Shown here: one piece after another, positions 38,504 through 47,554 of the stretch
Layout: every line of letters begins with the position of its first letter
How positions within the stretch are numbered: position 1 is the first letter of the stretch
DNA from: Planctomycetota bacterium
Lineage (GTDB): Bacteria; Planctomycetota; UBA1135; UBA2386
Length of the DNA stretch: 64,000 nt
Assembly: GCA_965228735.1 (NCBI GenBank)
Contig: OZ245838.1
Location: forward strand, 1,952,001 to 2,016,000
Direction of reading: 5' to 3'
Position numbers and translations under genes: made by a program
Notes under the pieces: model-generated
What the model was told of the DNA's origin: nothing
Seen by the model: only the letters and a program-made list of their open reading frames with translations
Database searches by the model: none

Positions 38504-38833
38504 ATGTGCTGTCCTCGCCAACCTCCTTCCGCGGCTTCGAGTCGCAAATCAACCCCGCCGGAGAAGGACTGCCACAGCTGTGGCCGTCGCATCACCTGGC
38601 GCAAGAAGTGGGCGCGCTGCTGGGATCAGGTGCGCTACTGCAGTGATCGCTGCCGGCGGCAACGGAACGCCGACAACGCGACCGAACTCGAGACCGCGAT
38701 CCTTGTCCTGCTCGCAGAGCGGGCCCGCGCCGCGACGATCTGCCCCTCCGAGGTCGCGCGTCGCCAGCGCCCCGACGGCGACTGGCGCGTTCGACGAGAC
38801 GGCGAGCTACAACGGCCCGGTCATCGTGCGTGA
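38504..38833 (+). pseudogene. DUF2256 + truncated DUF3253 protein
   Basis: [29 protein letters not shown] (DUF2256), then AILVLL...TICPSEVAR...DWR. Similarity stops abruptly at about 38788. Confidence 0.75.
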
Positions 38834-39191
38834 CATCCGCGTTCAGTCGCACTGCGAGCATCACATGGTGCCGTTCACGGGCATGGCCCACGTCGCGTAT
38901 CTGCCGCGCCACCGCGTCGTCGGACTCAGCAAGCTCGCCCGACTGGTGGAGGCGTTCGCCCGCCGCCTGCAGATCCAGGAACGACTGACGGCCCAGATCG
39001 CGAGCGCTCTCCAGAACGAACTCGACCCCCGCGGCGTTGCCGCGCTGGTGCGCGCCGAGCACCATTGCATGACGATGCGCGGCGTCCGCCACGAAGGCGC
39101 GGCGACGGTAACGACGCACGTGACGGGCGAACTCGTCGACGACGCCGCTCTGCGCACCGAGGTGTTCGCCGAACTCCGGCAGCGCGACTGA
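38790..39191 (+). pseudogene. folE: 5'-truncated GTP cyclohydrolase I
   Basis: [42 protein letters not shown]. The N-terminal helical part (the 'GL..TP.R' region) is missing. Confidence 0.85.
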
Positions 39192-39227
39192 GGCCACGCG
39201 ACCGAGGCGTTGCTACGAAGGCGCTAC

Positions 39228-39938
39228 TCAGCTCCAGATCGCCATCGCCAACCCGCGCGGGTCACGTGGCGGTCGCGCCGGCAGACAGATTGCTTCGCGA
39301 TGGAACATGCGACGCGCGGCCGCAGCGAGCACGAGCGCATCGAGCACGTCGTCGGGCGCGACCTCGGACCGCCGGTGGCTCGCGGCGGCAGCCCGAACCA
39401 CCGCGGCGACCGCGCGCGGCGGAAACACTCGCCGCAACACGGCCCGGCGCTCCGCGTGTCCCAGCGCCGAGCGCTTCCTGTGCCGCATGGGGCGCCCGGC
39501 CAGGCGGCAGAACGCGAGCTCGGGATGCACCTCCCGAACGCGCCGCTGCCGCGCCGGGGTGATCACGGCATCGACTTCGCGGATCTTCGGCAGCAGATGG
39601 AACACCTGCTTGGACAGACCTTCGCCGCGCACCTCGGCCCATTCGCGCGCGTGCAGCACGCGCCGCGGCGGGGTCGAGAAGACGCTGCTCTTGCGCGGCC
39701 CGAGCGCGGCGCGCGCGAGCCTTTCGCACTCCCGCCCGCCGACCCGGCGTACGGCCGGCAGTCCGATCGGCATGTCGACGGCGATGAACTTCGCCGCGGG
39801 ACGGAGCTCGAGCACGTCCGCGAACCGTTCGACGAGCATCCCCGACAAGCCGCATTCGGTGGGGTCACCGACCACCGTCGCGCGAACGACGAACCAGCCG
39901 GCCCGACAACCGTCGACACCGAGCACCGCCCTGCTCAT
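39228..39938 (-). CDS. DUF429 family protein (predicted RNase H-like nuclease)
   Basis: GVDGCRAGW, VDMPIGL, SSVF.TP, EVHPE and DDVLDA motifs. Confidence 0.85.
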   Translation of the reverse strand: MSRAVLGVDGCRAGWFVVRATVVGDPTECGLSGMLVERFADVLELRPAAKFIAVDMPIGLPAVRRVGGRECERLARAALGPRKSSVFSTPPRRVLHAREWAEVRGEGLSKQVFHLLPKIREVDAVITPARQRRVREVHPELAFCRLAGRPMRHRKRSALGHAERRAVLRRVFPPRAVAAVVRAAAASHRRSEVAPDDVLDALVLAAAARRMFHREAICLPARPPRDPRGLAMAIWS

Positions 39939-40546
39939 GGCTCGAGCCAGTAGGACGCGCGCAGCTGCCCGCGTTCGAACTCGAAACCCGCTCGCACGTG
40001 GCCCTGACGCTGGACGCGCAGCACGTCGAATCTCCTGACGTGGCCGACGACGACCGCGAAGTTCGGCCGCCCGTGCTCGACCTCCTCGGCCTGCGGAGTC
40101 TCACCGCGCAAGTGCGCCGGCAAGTTCGGGCTCACGGTGTCACTCCGACTCGATGGCGGCGCCGGCGCGAGGTAACACCGGCGGCTGCCGAGCCCCACCG
40201 AGTTCCAGGCCGCGTCGAAGACGGCACCACCAGTGACGATCTCGGCGATCGCCTGCGCCCGAATCTGCAAACGCGTCGCGCTGTCGTGAAACGTGAACGC
40301 GATCTCGGGTCGCGCCGAGAGCTGCGCGACCTTCGGCGAACGACGGTCGGTGTGAAACACCAGTTCTCCAACCGAACGATCACATCGACGCAGCACCACG
40401 ACGCGGGCGGCCGGCTCCCCGGCCGCATCGACGGAGCTCGCGACCGGCCAGTGAAAACCGTGCTCGGGCCGCGCCACGGCCACCTCGAGCTGCGCCCACG
40501 CGTAGTCCAGAACCTCGTGCAGCGTCGTTGTCGCAGGGTCGAACAC
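39935..40546 (-). CDS. Pyridoxamine 5'-phosphate oxidase-like FMN-binding protein
   Basis: ARVVVLR, FHTDRRSPK, LQIR and NFAVV motifs. Confidence 0.85.
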   Translation of the reverse strand: MFDPATTTLHEVLDYAWAQLEVAVARPEHGFHWPVASSVDAAGEPAARVVVLRRCDRSVGELVFHTDRRSPKVAQLSARPEIAFTFHDSATRLQIRAQAIAEIVTGGAVFDAAWNSVGLGSRRCYLAPAPPSSRSDTVSPNLPAHLRGETPQAEEVEHGRPNFAVVVGHVRRFDVLRVQRQGHVRAGFEFERGQLRASYWLEP

Positions 40547-40665
40547 GGCCCGCGATCATGGCCGACCTTCGCGACGACCGCGAGGAAACAACGGGGTCGG
40601 CCGCGCGTTGGCACGAGGCACTTGCGTTCGGCGGCCGGACGGTCGATTCGAGCCCAGAGCCCCCA

Positions 40666-41550
40666 ATGCAGAATCAACCCATCCTCGACCTAAAGGACGA
40701 CCTCAGCCCCGCGCGCGCCGCGCTGCTCGCGCACCCGATCCACGCGGCGGTCGATTCGCTGCCCCGATTGCGGGCGTTCATGCCGATCCACGTGTTCGCC
40801 GTCTGGGACTTCATGGCGCTCGTGAAGCGCCTGCAGCGCGAGCTGACGTGCGTGACGGCGCCGTGGCTGCCGCCGAAGGACGCCGAGCTCGCGCGCTTCA
40901 TCAACGAGATCGTGCGCGACGAGGAATCCGACGTCGATCCGGACGGCAAGGCGTGCAGTCACTTCGAACTCTATCGCCGCGCCATGCGCGAGATCGGCGC
41001 CGATGACGGCAACGTGATGGCGTTCCTCGCGGCGCTCGAGCACGGCACGGCCGTGCCCGACGCGCTCGCCGCAGCGAACGTGGCGGAGCCGATCCGCGAG
41101 TTCGTGCAGTCGACGCTCACGATCGCGGAACGCGGCAGCCCGCTCGAGGTCGCGGCCTGCTTCCTGTTCGGTCGCGAGAACCTGATCCCCGCGATGTTCC
41201 GGGCGTTCCTCGACACAGCACCCGGCGACGACCTCGCCCGCTGCTTCCGCCACTACCTCGAGCGCCACATCGACCTCGACGGCGACCACCACTCGGTGCT
41301 CGCAGCGCGACTGGTCGACGCGTTCTGGCACGAGGCGGACGAGAACGAACGCGACGCGGCCATCGCCTCCGCGCGCGGCGCCATCACCGCCCGGGCCCGC
41401 CTCTGGGACTACGCCGTCGAACGCATCCGGGCGACCGATCCGACGACGAACGAGTCGCGCGACCCGATCGCGCGACCCGCAACGCCGACGCCGGCTCGAA
41501 CGCCAACCAAGCCGAAGACACCACTTGACGTCGATCCGGCCCAGGTCTAG
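40666..41550 (+). CDS. DUF3050 family (heme-oxygenase-like fold) protein
   Basis: HVFAVWDFM.LVKRLQ, INEIV..EESD, SHFELY, FGRE.LIP.MF and YLERHI.LDGD.H motifs. Confidence 0.85.
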   Translation: MQNQPILDLKDDLSPARAALLAHPIHAAVDSLPRLRAFMPIHVFAVWDFMALVKRLQRELTCVTAPWLPPKDAELARFINEIVRDEESDVDPDGKACSHFELYRRAMREIGADDGNVMAFLAALEHGTAVPDALAAANVAEPIREFVQSTLTIAERGSPLEVAACFLFGRENLIPAMFRAFLDTAPGDDLARCFRHYLERHIDLDGDHHSVLAARLVDAFWHEADENERDAAIASARGAITARARLWDYAVERIRATDPTTNESRDPIARPATPTPARTPTKPKTPLDVDPAQV

Positions 41551-41553
41551 CGT
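41525..41553 (+). promoter_or_regulatory. Sigma70-type promoter of the his operon
   Basis: TTGACG (41525-41530)-N17-TAGCGT (41548-41553). The predicted +1 falls at or next to the leader ATG at 41561. Confidence 0.7.
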
Positions 41554-41560
41554 CCTCCTC

Positions 41561-41650
41561 ATGTCGTTCCCGCAGGTCCCGCAGACCAGCCAGCATCATC
41601 ATTGGCATGCTCACCACGCCCTCCGGGCTGGCGCGATCGCCGGTGTGTAG
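41561..41650 (+). CDS. hisL: his operon leader peptide MSFPQVPQTSQHHHWHAHHALRAGAIAGV (29 aa)
   Basis: Translated by hand: 6 His in 8 consecutive codons (41594-41617), directly upstream of a terminator and hisG. Confidence 0.88.
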   Translation: MSFPQVPQTSQHHHWHAHHALRAGAIAGV

Positions 41651-41681
41651 CTGCAGAACGACCAGCACCTCCTCCCGATCG

Positions 41682-41715
41682 AACGCCGGCCCTCGCGGTC
41701 GGCGTTTTCGGTTTT
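41682..41715 (+). terminator. Attenuator terminator hairpin
   Basis: AACGCCGGCC-ctcgc-GGTCGGCGTT followed by TTCGGTTTT. Confidence 0.8.
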
Positions 41716-41763
41716 GACCGAGGACGCGGCCGCCGGACCGACCCCGACCACCCGACCGACCGC

Positions 41764-42645
41764 ATGAACCCGCCCGAATCCGCCATCGTCCACCTCGCGC
41801 TGCCGAAGGGCCGCATGGAGCAAGGGGTCCGCGAGCTGCTCGCCGACGCCGGCATCCGCATCCGCACCGACGCCCGCGCCTACCGCCCGTCGCTGTCGAT
41901 CCAGGGCTTCGAGACCAAGCTGCTCAAGCCGCAGAACATCGTCGGCATGCTCACCGAGGGTTCGCGCGACATCGGGTTCGCGGGCGCGGACTGGGTCGCG
42001 GAGCGCGACGCACCGCTGATCGAACTGCTCGACACCGGCCTCGATCCGGTGCGCATCGTGCTCGCCGCGCCGACCGAGGTCGTCGAGAACGGTCGCTTCG
42101 TCGCGCCCGCGGGTCGGCCGCCGCGCATCGCGAGCGAGTACGAGCGGCTGACGACCCGGTGGATCGAGAGCAATCTGGCGGGCGCGAAGTTCGTGCGCGC
42201 GCACGGCGCGACCGAGGTGTTCCCGCCCGAGGACGCCGACGCGATCGTCGACAACACGGCAACCGGCTCGACGCTCCGGGCGAACGGCCTCGTGATCGTC
42301 GAGGACGTGATGCGGTCGTCGACGCGACTCTACGCCAACCCCATGGCGCTCGAGGAGCCGGACAAGCGCCGCGCGATCGACGACTTCGTGCTCGTTCTGC
42401 GCGCGGTCCTCGAAGCGCGCCAACGCGCGATGATCGAACTCAACGTCGGCGCCGACGCGCTCGACCGCGTCGTCGACGGGCTGCCGTGCATGCGCCGGCC
42501 GACCGTGTCGACCCTGCACGAGGGCAGCGGCTACGCCGTGCGTGCCGCGGTGCCGCGCACCGACCTGCCGCGGCTCGTTCCCGATCTCAAAGCGCGCGGC
42601 GCCACCGACATCGTCGTCTCCACCATCGAACAGATCGTGCCGTGA
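41764..42645 (+). CDS. hisG: ATP phosphoribosyltransferase (long form)
   Basis: ALPKGR, DIGFAGAD, GATE, DAIVD...TGSTLRANGL, plus the C-terminal regulatory domain (PTVS.L...GATDI). Confidence 0.95.
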   Translation: MNPPESAIVHLALPKGRMEQGVRELLADAGIRIRTDARAYRPSLSIQGFETKLLKPQNIVGMLTEGSRDIGFAGADWVAERDAPLIELLDTGLDPVRIVLAAPTEVVENGRFVAPAGRPPRIASEYERLTTRWIESNLAGAKFVRAHGATEVFPPEDADAIVDNTATGSTLRANGLVIVEDVMRSSTRLYANPMALEEPDKRRAIDDFVLVLRAVLEARQRAMIELNVGADALDRVVDGLPCMRRPTVSTLHEGSGYAVRAAVPRTDLPRLVPDLKARGATDIVVSTIEQIVP

Positions 42646-44291
42646 CCGTGACGCCTGCTGATGGACCTCTCGGCTACGCCCCTCCGGGCTTCCGCGCCGC
42701 GATCGACCTCGATCTGTCCAAGAACGAGGGCCGCGCCCCCGCCTGGGATGCGCTCGCGGGCATAGCGCCCGGCGCGGACACGGTCCGGCGCTATCCGGCG
42801 CTGGACGAGTTGCGCGCGGCGATGGCGACGACCTACGGCGTGCCAACCGACACGATCGTCGTCACGGCCGGCATCGACGATGCGCTCCTGCGGTTGTGCC
42901 TCGCGCAGCTCGGGGAGAACACCGAAGCGGTCGTCGCGTCGCCGACGTTCGAGATGATCCCGCGTTACGTGACTCTCGCGCGCGGCACGTTGCGCGCGGT
43001 CCCGTGGCCCGACGGACCGTTCCCCACTGCCGCGTTCCTCGCCGCGATCACACCGCGAACGAAGGTCGCGTTCGTCGTCTCACCCAACAACCCGACGGGC
43101 GGGATCGCCACGGCGGCCGATCTGCGCGCCGTCGCGGCGGCGCTACCGGACGGCGTCGTCGCGCTGGACGCGGCCTACGCCGAGTTCCGCGACGATGGCC
43201 TTCCCGCGGTCGGGCTCGAGCTCGACAACGTGGTCGTCCTGCGCACGCTGTCGAAGGCCTGGGGACTCGCGGGTCTGCGCGTGGGCTGCGCGATCGCCCG
43301 CCCGGAGCTCGTCGCCAGGTTGTTCGCCGCCGGCAACCCGATGCCGGTATCGGTCGCGTCCGCGAGCCTCGCGACGCGCCGGCTGCAGACGGGCACCGAG
43401 GACCTCCGCGATCACGTGGCCCAGGTCGCCACCGAACGCACGGCACTGACCAGGAGCCTGCGCGAGCTCGGCGCCGATGTCGCGGAGCCGACCTGCGCCA
43501 ACTTCGTTCTCGCGCGCGGGCTCGACCCGGCCTGGATGACCGCCGCGCTGGCCGCGCTCGGCATCGCGATCCGACGCTTCCCCGATCGCGAGGAGCTCGC
43601 CGGCGCGGTTCGCATCGGATTGCCGGGAACGACCGCGGACTACGCGCGCCTCGAGCACGCGTTGCGCACGACGCTCGCGCCGGCCGCGTTGCTGTTCGAC
43701 ATGGACGGCGTCCTCGCCGAGGTCAGCGAGTCGTACCGCGCGGCGATCCAGGCGACCGCCGCGAGCTACGGCGTCGACCTCACGAGCGCGGCGATCGCCG
43801 AGCGCAAGGCGCAGGGCAACGCCAACGACGACTGGGCCCTCACGCACGAACTCGTCTCCGCGGCCGGCGTGACCGCGACGCTCGCAGACGTCACGGCGCG
43901 GTTCGAGGAACGCTATCAGGAGCTCCGGGCGCGCGAGTCGCTGATGGTCGACAAGCCGACGCTGCTGCGCTGGCGAGAACGCTACCGCCTCGGCGTCGTG
44001 ACGGGGCGACCGCGCAGCGACGCCGAGTACTTCCTGCGGCAGTTCGACCTGCTCGACGTGTTCGATGCCGTGGTCTGCCGCGAGGACGCCGCGCTCAAAC
44101 CGGATCCCGCGCCCGTGCGCCTCGCGCTCGAACGCCTCGGCGTCAGGACGGCGTGGATGCTCGGCGACACGCCCGACGACCACGATGCGGCCCGCGGCGC
44201 CGGCGTCCTGCCGATCGCCGTCGGCCCCGACGATCCGCGCGCCGCCGCGATGCTTCCGAACACCCCCGCCCTCGAAGACCTGCTGCCATGA
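42642..44291 (+). CDS. hisC: Histidinol-phosphate aminotransferase fused to a C-terminal HAD phosphatase
   Basis: LSKNE, SPNNPTG, DAAY.EF, RTLSKAWGLAGLRVG, then LLFDMDGVL, VTGRP, KPDP and GDTPDD (HAD motifs I-IV). Confidence 0.9.
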   Translation: MTVTPADGPLGYAPPGFRAAIDLDLSKNEGRAPAWDALAGIAPGADTVRRYPALDELRAAMATTYGVPTDTIVVTAGIDDALLRLCLAQLGENTEAVVASPTFEMIPRYVTLARGTLRAVPWPDGPFPTAAFLAAITPRTKVAFVVSPNNPTGGIATAADLRAVAAALPDGVVALDAAYAEFRDDGLPAVGLELDNVVVLRTLSKAWGLAGLRVGCAIARPELVARLFAAGNPMPVSVASASLATRRLQTGTEDLRDHVAQVATERTALTRSLRELGADVAEPTCANFVLARGLDPAWMTAALAALGIAIRRFPDREELAGAVRIGLPGTTADYARLEHALRTTLAPAALLFDMDGVLAEVSESYRAAIQATAASYGVDLTSAAIAERKAQGNANDDWALTHELVSAAGVTATLADVTARFEERYQELRARESLMVDKPTLLRWRERYRLGVVTGRPRSDAEYFLRQFDLLDVFDAVVCREDAALKPDPAPVRLALERLGVRTAWMLGDTPDDHDAARGAGVLPIAVGPDDPRAAAMLPNTPALEDLLP

Positions 44292-44899
44292 CCGACGCAT
44301 CGCACCCGCGCACCGCGACCGTAAGCCGAAAGACCAAGGAGACCGACATCGCGGTCGAGCTCACGCTCGACGGCAGCGGCCGCGCCGACATCGCGACCGG
44401 GCTGCCGTTCCTCGACCACATGCTCACGGCCCTGACGCTGCACGCGCGCTTCGATCTGCGATTGCAGGCCGAGGGCGACCTCGAGATCGACGACCACCAC
44501 ACCGCCGAGGACTGCGCGCTGACGCTCGGACAGGCCCTGCGCGACGCGCTCGGCGATCGCCGCGGCGTCGCGCGCTTCGGGTCGGCCCACGTGCCGCTCG
44601 ACGAAGCGCTGACCCGGGCGGTCATCGACCTCAGCGGTCGCCCGTGGGCCGAGGTGGAGCTCGCGTTCCGCGGCGAACGGCTCGGCACGTGCCGGACCGA
44701 GAACCTCACGCACTTCTGCCGCTCGTTCGCGACCGCGGCGCACGTGACGCTGCACCTCGACGTGTTGCGCGGCGAGAACGACCACCACAAGGCCGAGAGC
44801 GCGTTCAAGGCCCTGGCCGTGGCGCTCCGCATGGCGGTCCGACGCGACGCCACGGCTGGCGCAACCGGCGACGTCCCGAGCACGAAGGGCACCCTGTGA
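44288..44899 (+). CDS. hisB: Imidazoleglycerol-phosphate dehydratase (monofunctional)
   Basis: TGLPFLDHML, DDHHTAED and ENDHHKAESAFKA motifs, C-terminal PSTKG. Confidence 0.97.
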   Translation: MTDASHPRTATVSRKTKETDIAVELTLDGSGRADIATGLPFLDHMLTALTLHARFDLRLQAEGDLEIDDHHTAEDCALTLGQALRDALGDRRGVARFGSAHVPLDEALTRAVIDLSGRPWAEVELAFRGERLGTCRTENLTHFCRSFATAAHVTLHLDVLRGENDHHKAESAFKALAVALRMAVRRDATAGATGDVPSTKGTL

Positions 44900-45504
44900 T
44901 CGACGACGTTCTCGTGGTGCCGACCGGCATCGCCAACACGGCGTCCGTGCTCGCGGCGTTCACGCGGCTCGGCGCGACCCCACGGCTGTGCGGCGACGCC
45001 GAAGAGCTCGCAGTCGCGGCGGCGGTCGTGCTGCCGGGCGTGGGCGCGTTCGGCGCCGCGGCGCAGCGGCTCGACGAACTCGGCGTCCGCGCGGCGCTGA
45101 CCGATCGCATCGCGAGCGGCCGCCCGACGCTCGCGATCTGCCTCGGCCTCCAGCTCCTCTGCAGCAGCAGCGAGGAGAGCCCTGGCGCTGCCGGCCTCGG
45201 CATCATCGACGCGGCGATCACCCGGTTTCCGCCGACGGTCCGCGTGCCGCAGATGGGCTGGAACCATGTCGCGCCGACCGACTGCGAACTGCTACAGCCG
45301 GGGCACGCGGTCTTCGCCAACACCTACCGGCTCGAGACCATCCCCGCCGGCTGGGCTGGCGCCGTGACGGATCACGGCGGCGCGTTCGCCAGCGCGCTCG
45401 AGCGCGGCCCGGTGCTCGCGTGCCAGTTCCACCCCGAGATCTCCGGCGGGTTCGGCCAGGACCTGCTGCGCCGGTGGCTGCAGCGAGCGCGGGAGGCGGG
45501 CTGA
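44896..45504 (+). CDS. hisH: Imidazole glycerol phosphate synthase, glutaminase subunit
   Basis: LPGVGAF, ICLGLQ, PQMGWN and QFHPE motifs. Confidence 0.95.
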   Translation: MIDDVLVVPTGIANTASVLAAFTRLGATPRLCGDAEELAVAAAVVLPGVGAFGAAAQRLDELGVRAALTDRIASGRPTLAICLGLQLLCSSSEESPGAAGLGIIDAAITRFPPTVRVPQMGWNHVAPTDCELLQPGHAVFANTYRLETIPAGWAGAVTDHGGAFASALERGPVLACQFHPEISGGFGQDLLRRWLQRAREAG

Positions 45505-46286
45505 TGCTGCTGCCGCGCGTCATCCCGTGCCTCGACGTCGACGCCGGTCGCGTCGTCAAGGGCGTTCGCTTCCAGGGGCTGCGCGACGCCGGCGATCCCG
45601 TCGAACGGGCGTCCGCGTACGCGGAGCAGGGCGGCGACGAGCTCGTGCTGCTCGACGTCTCCGCGACGCACGAGGGTCGGGAGACCGCGGCAGAGACCGT
45701 GCGCCGCGTTCGTGCCGTGCTGCCGATCCCGCTGACCGTCGGCGGCGGCATCCGCACCGTCGCCGATGCCGAGCGCATGCTCAGCGCCGGCGCGGACAAG
45801 ATCGGCATCAACAGCGCCGCAGTTGCCCGACCCGAGCTGCTGAGCGACATCCGCGATCGTCTCGGCGCGCAGTGCACGATCCTCGCGCTCGACGCGGCGC
45901 GCATGCCGGCAACGAACGACAACGACGACGCCGGGCCACCGCGCTTCGACGTCGTGACGCACGGCGGCCGCACGCGAACGGGCACCGACGCGATCGGCTG
46001 GGCCCGCGCGGCCGTCGCAGCGGGCGCCGGTGAGATCCTGCTGACGAGCTGGGACCGGGACGGCACGCGTTCGGGCTACGACCTCGAACTCCTCCGCGCC
46101 GTGAGCGACGCAGTGCCCGTCCCGGTGATCGCGTCGGGCGGCGCGGCCCACGCCGGCCACCTCGCCGCAGCGCTCGACAGCGGCGCGAGCGCGGTACTCA
46201 TCGCCTCGATGCTGCACGACGGCGACACCACGGTAGCAGACGTCAAGCGGCAGCTCCGCGACCTGAACATCGAGACCCGACCATGA
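45504..46286 (+). CDS. hisF: Imidazole glycerol phosphate synthase, cyclase subunit
   Basis: RVIPCLDV, VVKG, DELVLLD, VGGGIR, GEILLTS.DRDGT and IASGGA motifs. Confidence 0.97.
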   Translation: MLLPRVIPCLDVDAGRVVKGVRFQGLRDAGDPVERASAYAEQGGDELVLLDVSATHEGRETAAETVRRVRAVLPIPLTVGGGIRTVADAERMLSAGADKIGINSAAVARPELLSDIRDRLGAQCTILALDAARMPATNDNDDAGPPRFDVVTHGGRTRTGTDAIGWARAAVAAGAGEILLTSWDRDGTRSGYDLELLRAVSDAVPVPVIASGGAAHAGHLAAALDSGASAVLIASMLHDGDTTVADVKRQLRDLNIETRP

Positions 46287-47542
46287 TCATTCCTTCCATC
46301 GACCTCGAGAACGGACGCACGGTGCAGCTCGTCGGCGGCGAGGAGCTCGCCATCGACGCGGGGGATCCGCTGCCGCTGCTCGACCGCTTCGCCGTCGCGG
46401 GCGAGGTCGCCGTCGTCGACCTCGACGCGGCGCGCGGCGACGGCGACAACCGTGAGCTCGTGCGCGCGCTCTGCGACCGCTCCGACGTGCGCGTCGGCGG
46501 CGGCATCCGCGACTACGACGCGGCATGCGACTGGCTCGACGCGGGGGCGACGAAGATCGTCATCGGCACCGCGGCCGAACCCGCGCTGCTGCGACGGCTG
46601 CCGCGCGAGCGAGTCGTCGTCGCGCTCGACGAGAAAGGCGGCGAGGTCGTGACCCACGGCTGGCGCCAGGGCAGCGGCAACGAGCTGCTGAGCCGGGTGG
46701 CAGAGCTGCGGGAGCTGTGCGGCGGCTTCCTCGTCACGTTCGTCGATCGCGAGGGTCGACTCGGCGGGACCGACGAGGAGCGTGCCGCCGCCGTCATCGA
46801 GGCGGCGGGCGACGCGCGCGTGACGATCGCGGGGGGCGTCACGACGGCCGCAGAAATCGGACGGCTCGACCGGCTCGGCGCCGACGCGCAGGTCGGCATG
46901 GCGCTCTACACCGGTCAGCTCGACCTCGGCGACGCCATCGCGGCGCCGCTCACGAGCGATCGGGCGGACGGCCTGTGGCCCACCGTCGTCGCGGACGAGC
47001 ACGGCGTGGCCCTCGGTCTCGCGTATTCGAGCGCCGAGAGCGTCCGCGCCGCCGTCGCCGAGCGCCGTGGGGTCTACCACTCGCGGCAGCGCGGCCCCTG
47101 GACGAAGGGCGCGACCTCGGGCGCCACGCAGGAGCTCCTGGCCATCGACCTCGACTGCGACCGCGACACGCTGCGCTTCACCGTCCGGCAGCGCGACCCC
47201 GGGTTCTGCCACGCGAACACGCGGACGTGCTGGGGCGAGGACCACGGCATCGGCCGACTCGCCCGTCGCCTCGGGGAACGGCAGCGGAACGCCCCCGCCG
47301 GTTCCAACACCGCCCGGCTCTTCGCCGACGCCGATCTGCTCGCGAGCAAGCTGCGCGAGGAGGCCATGGAGTTGGCCGCGCCGGACGCGGATGTCGCGGC
47401 CGAAACCGCCGACCTCCTCTACTTCGCCCTCGTCCGTATGACGGGCGCCGGCATCTCGCTCGCCGAGGTCGCCCACGCGCTCGACCGCCGCGCCCGTCGC
47501 GTCTCGCGCCGACCGTGCGAGGCCAAGGACATCGAACGCTAA
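46283..47542 (+). CDS. hisA-hisIE: Fusion of HisA-like isomerase, HisI cyclohydrolase and HisE pyrophosphatase
   Basis: MIIPSIDL...VGGGIR...IGTAA...VALD...AGG (HisA), DCDRD...FCH..TRTCW (HisI), KLREEA.E...ETADLLYF (HisE). Confidence 0.9.
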   Translation: MIIPSIDLENGRTVQLVGGEELAIDAGDPLPLLDRFAVAGEVAVVDLDAARGDGDNRELVRALCDRSDVRVGGGIRDYDAACDWLDAGATKIVIGTAAEPALLRRLPRERVVVALDEKGGEVVTHGWRQGSGNELLSRVAELRELCGGFLVTFVDREGRLGGTDEERAAAVIEAAGDARVTIAGGVTTAAEIGRLDRLGADAQVGMALYTGQLDLGDAIAAPLTSDRADGLWPTVVADEHGVALGLAYSSAESVRAAVAERRGVYHSRQRGPWTKGATSGATQELLAIDLDCDRDTLRFTVRQRDPGFCHANTRTCWGEDHGIGRLARRLGERQRNAPAGSNTARLFADADLLASKLREEAMELAAPDADVAAETADLLYFALVRMTGAGISLAEVAHALDRRARRVSRRPCEAKDIER

Positions 47543-47554
47543 CCGTCGCCCACC

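Noticed and set aside
38770..38800. Programmed frameshift producing a DUF2256-FolE fusion
   Set aside because: No slippery sequence is visible and both partners are truncated at the junction. A deletion or misassembly is simpler.
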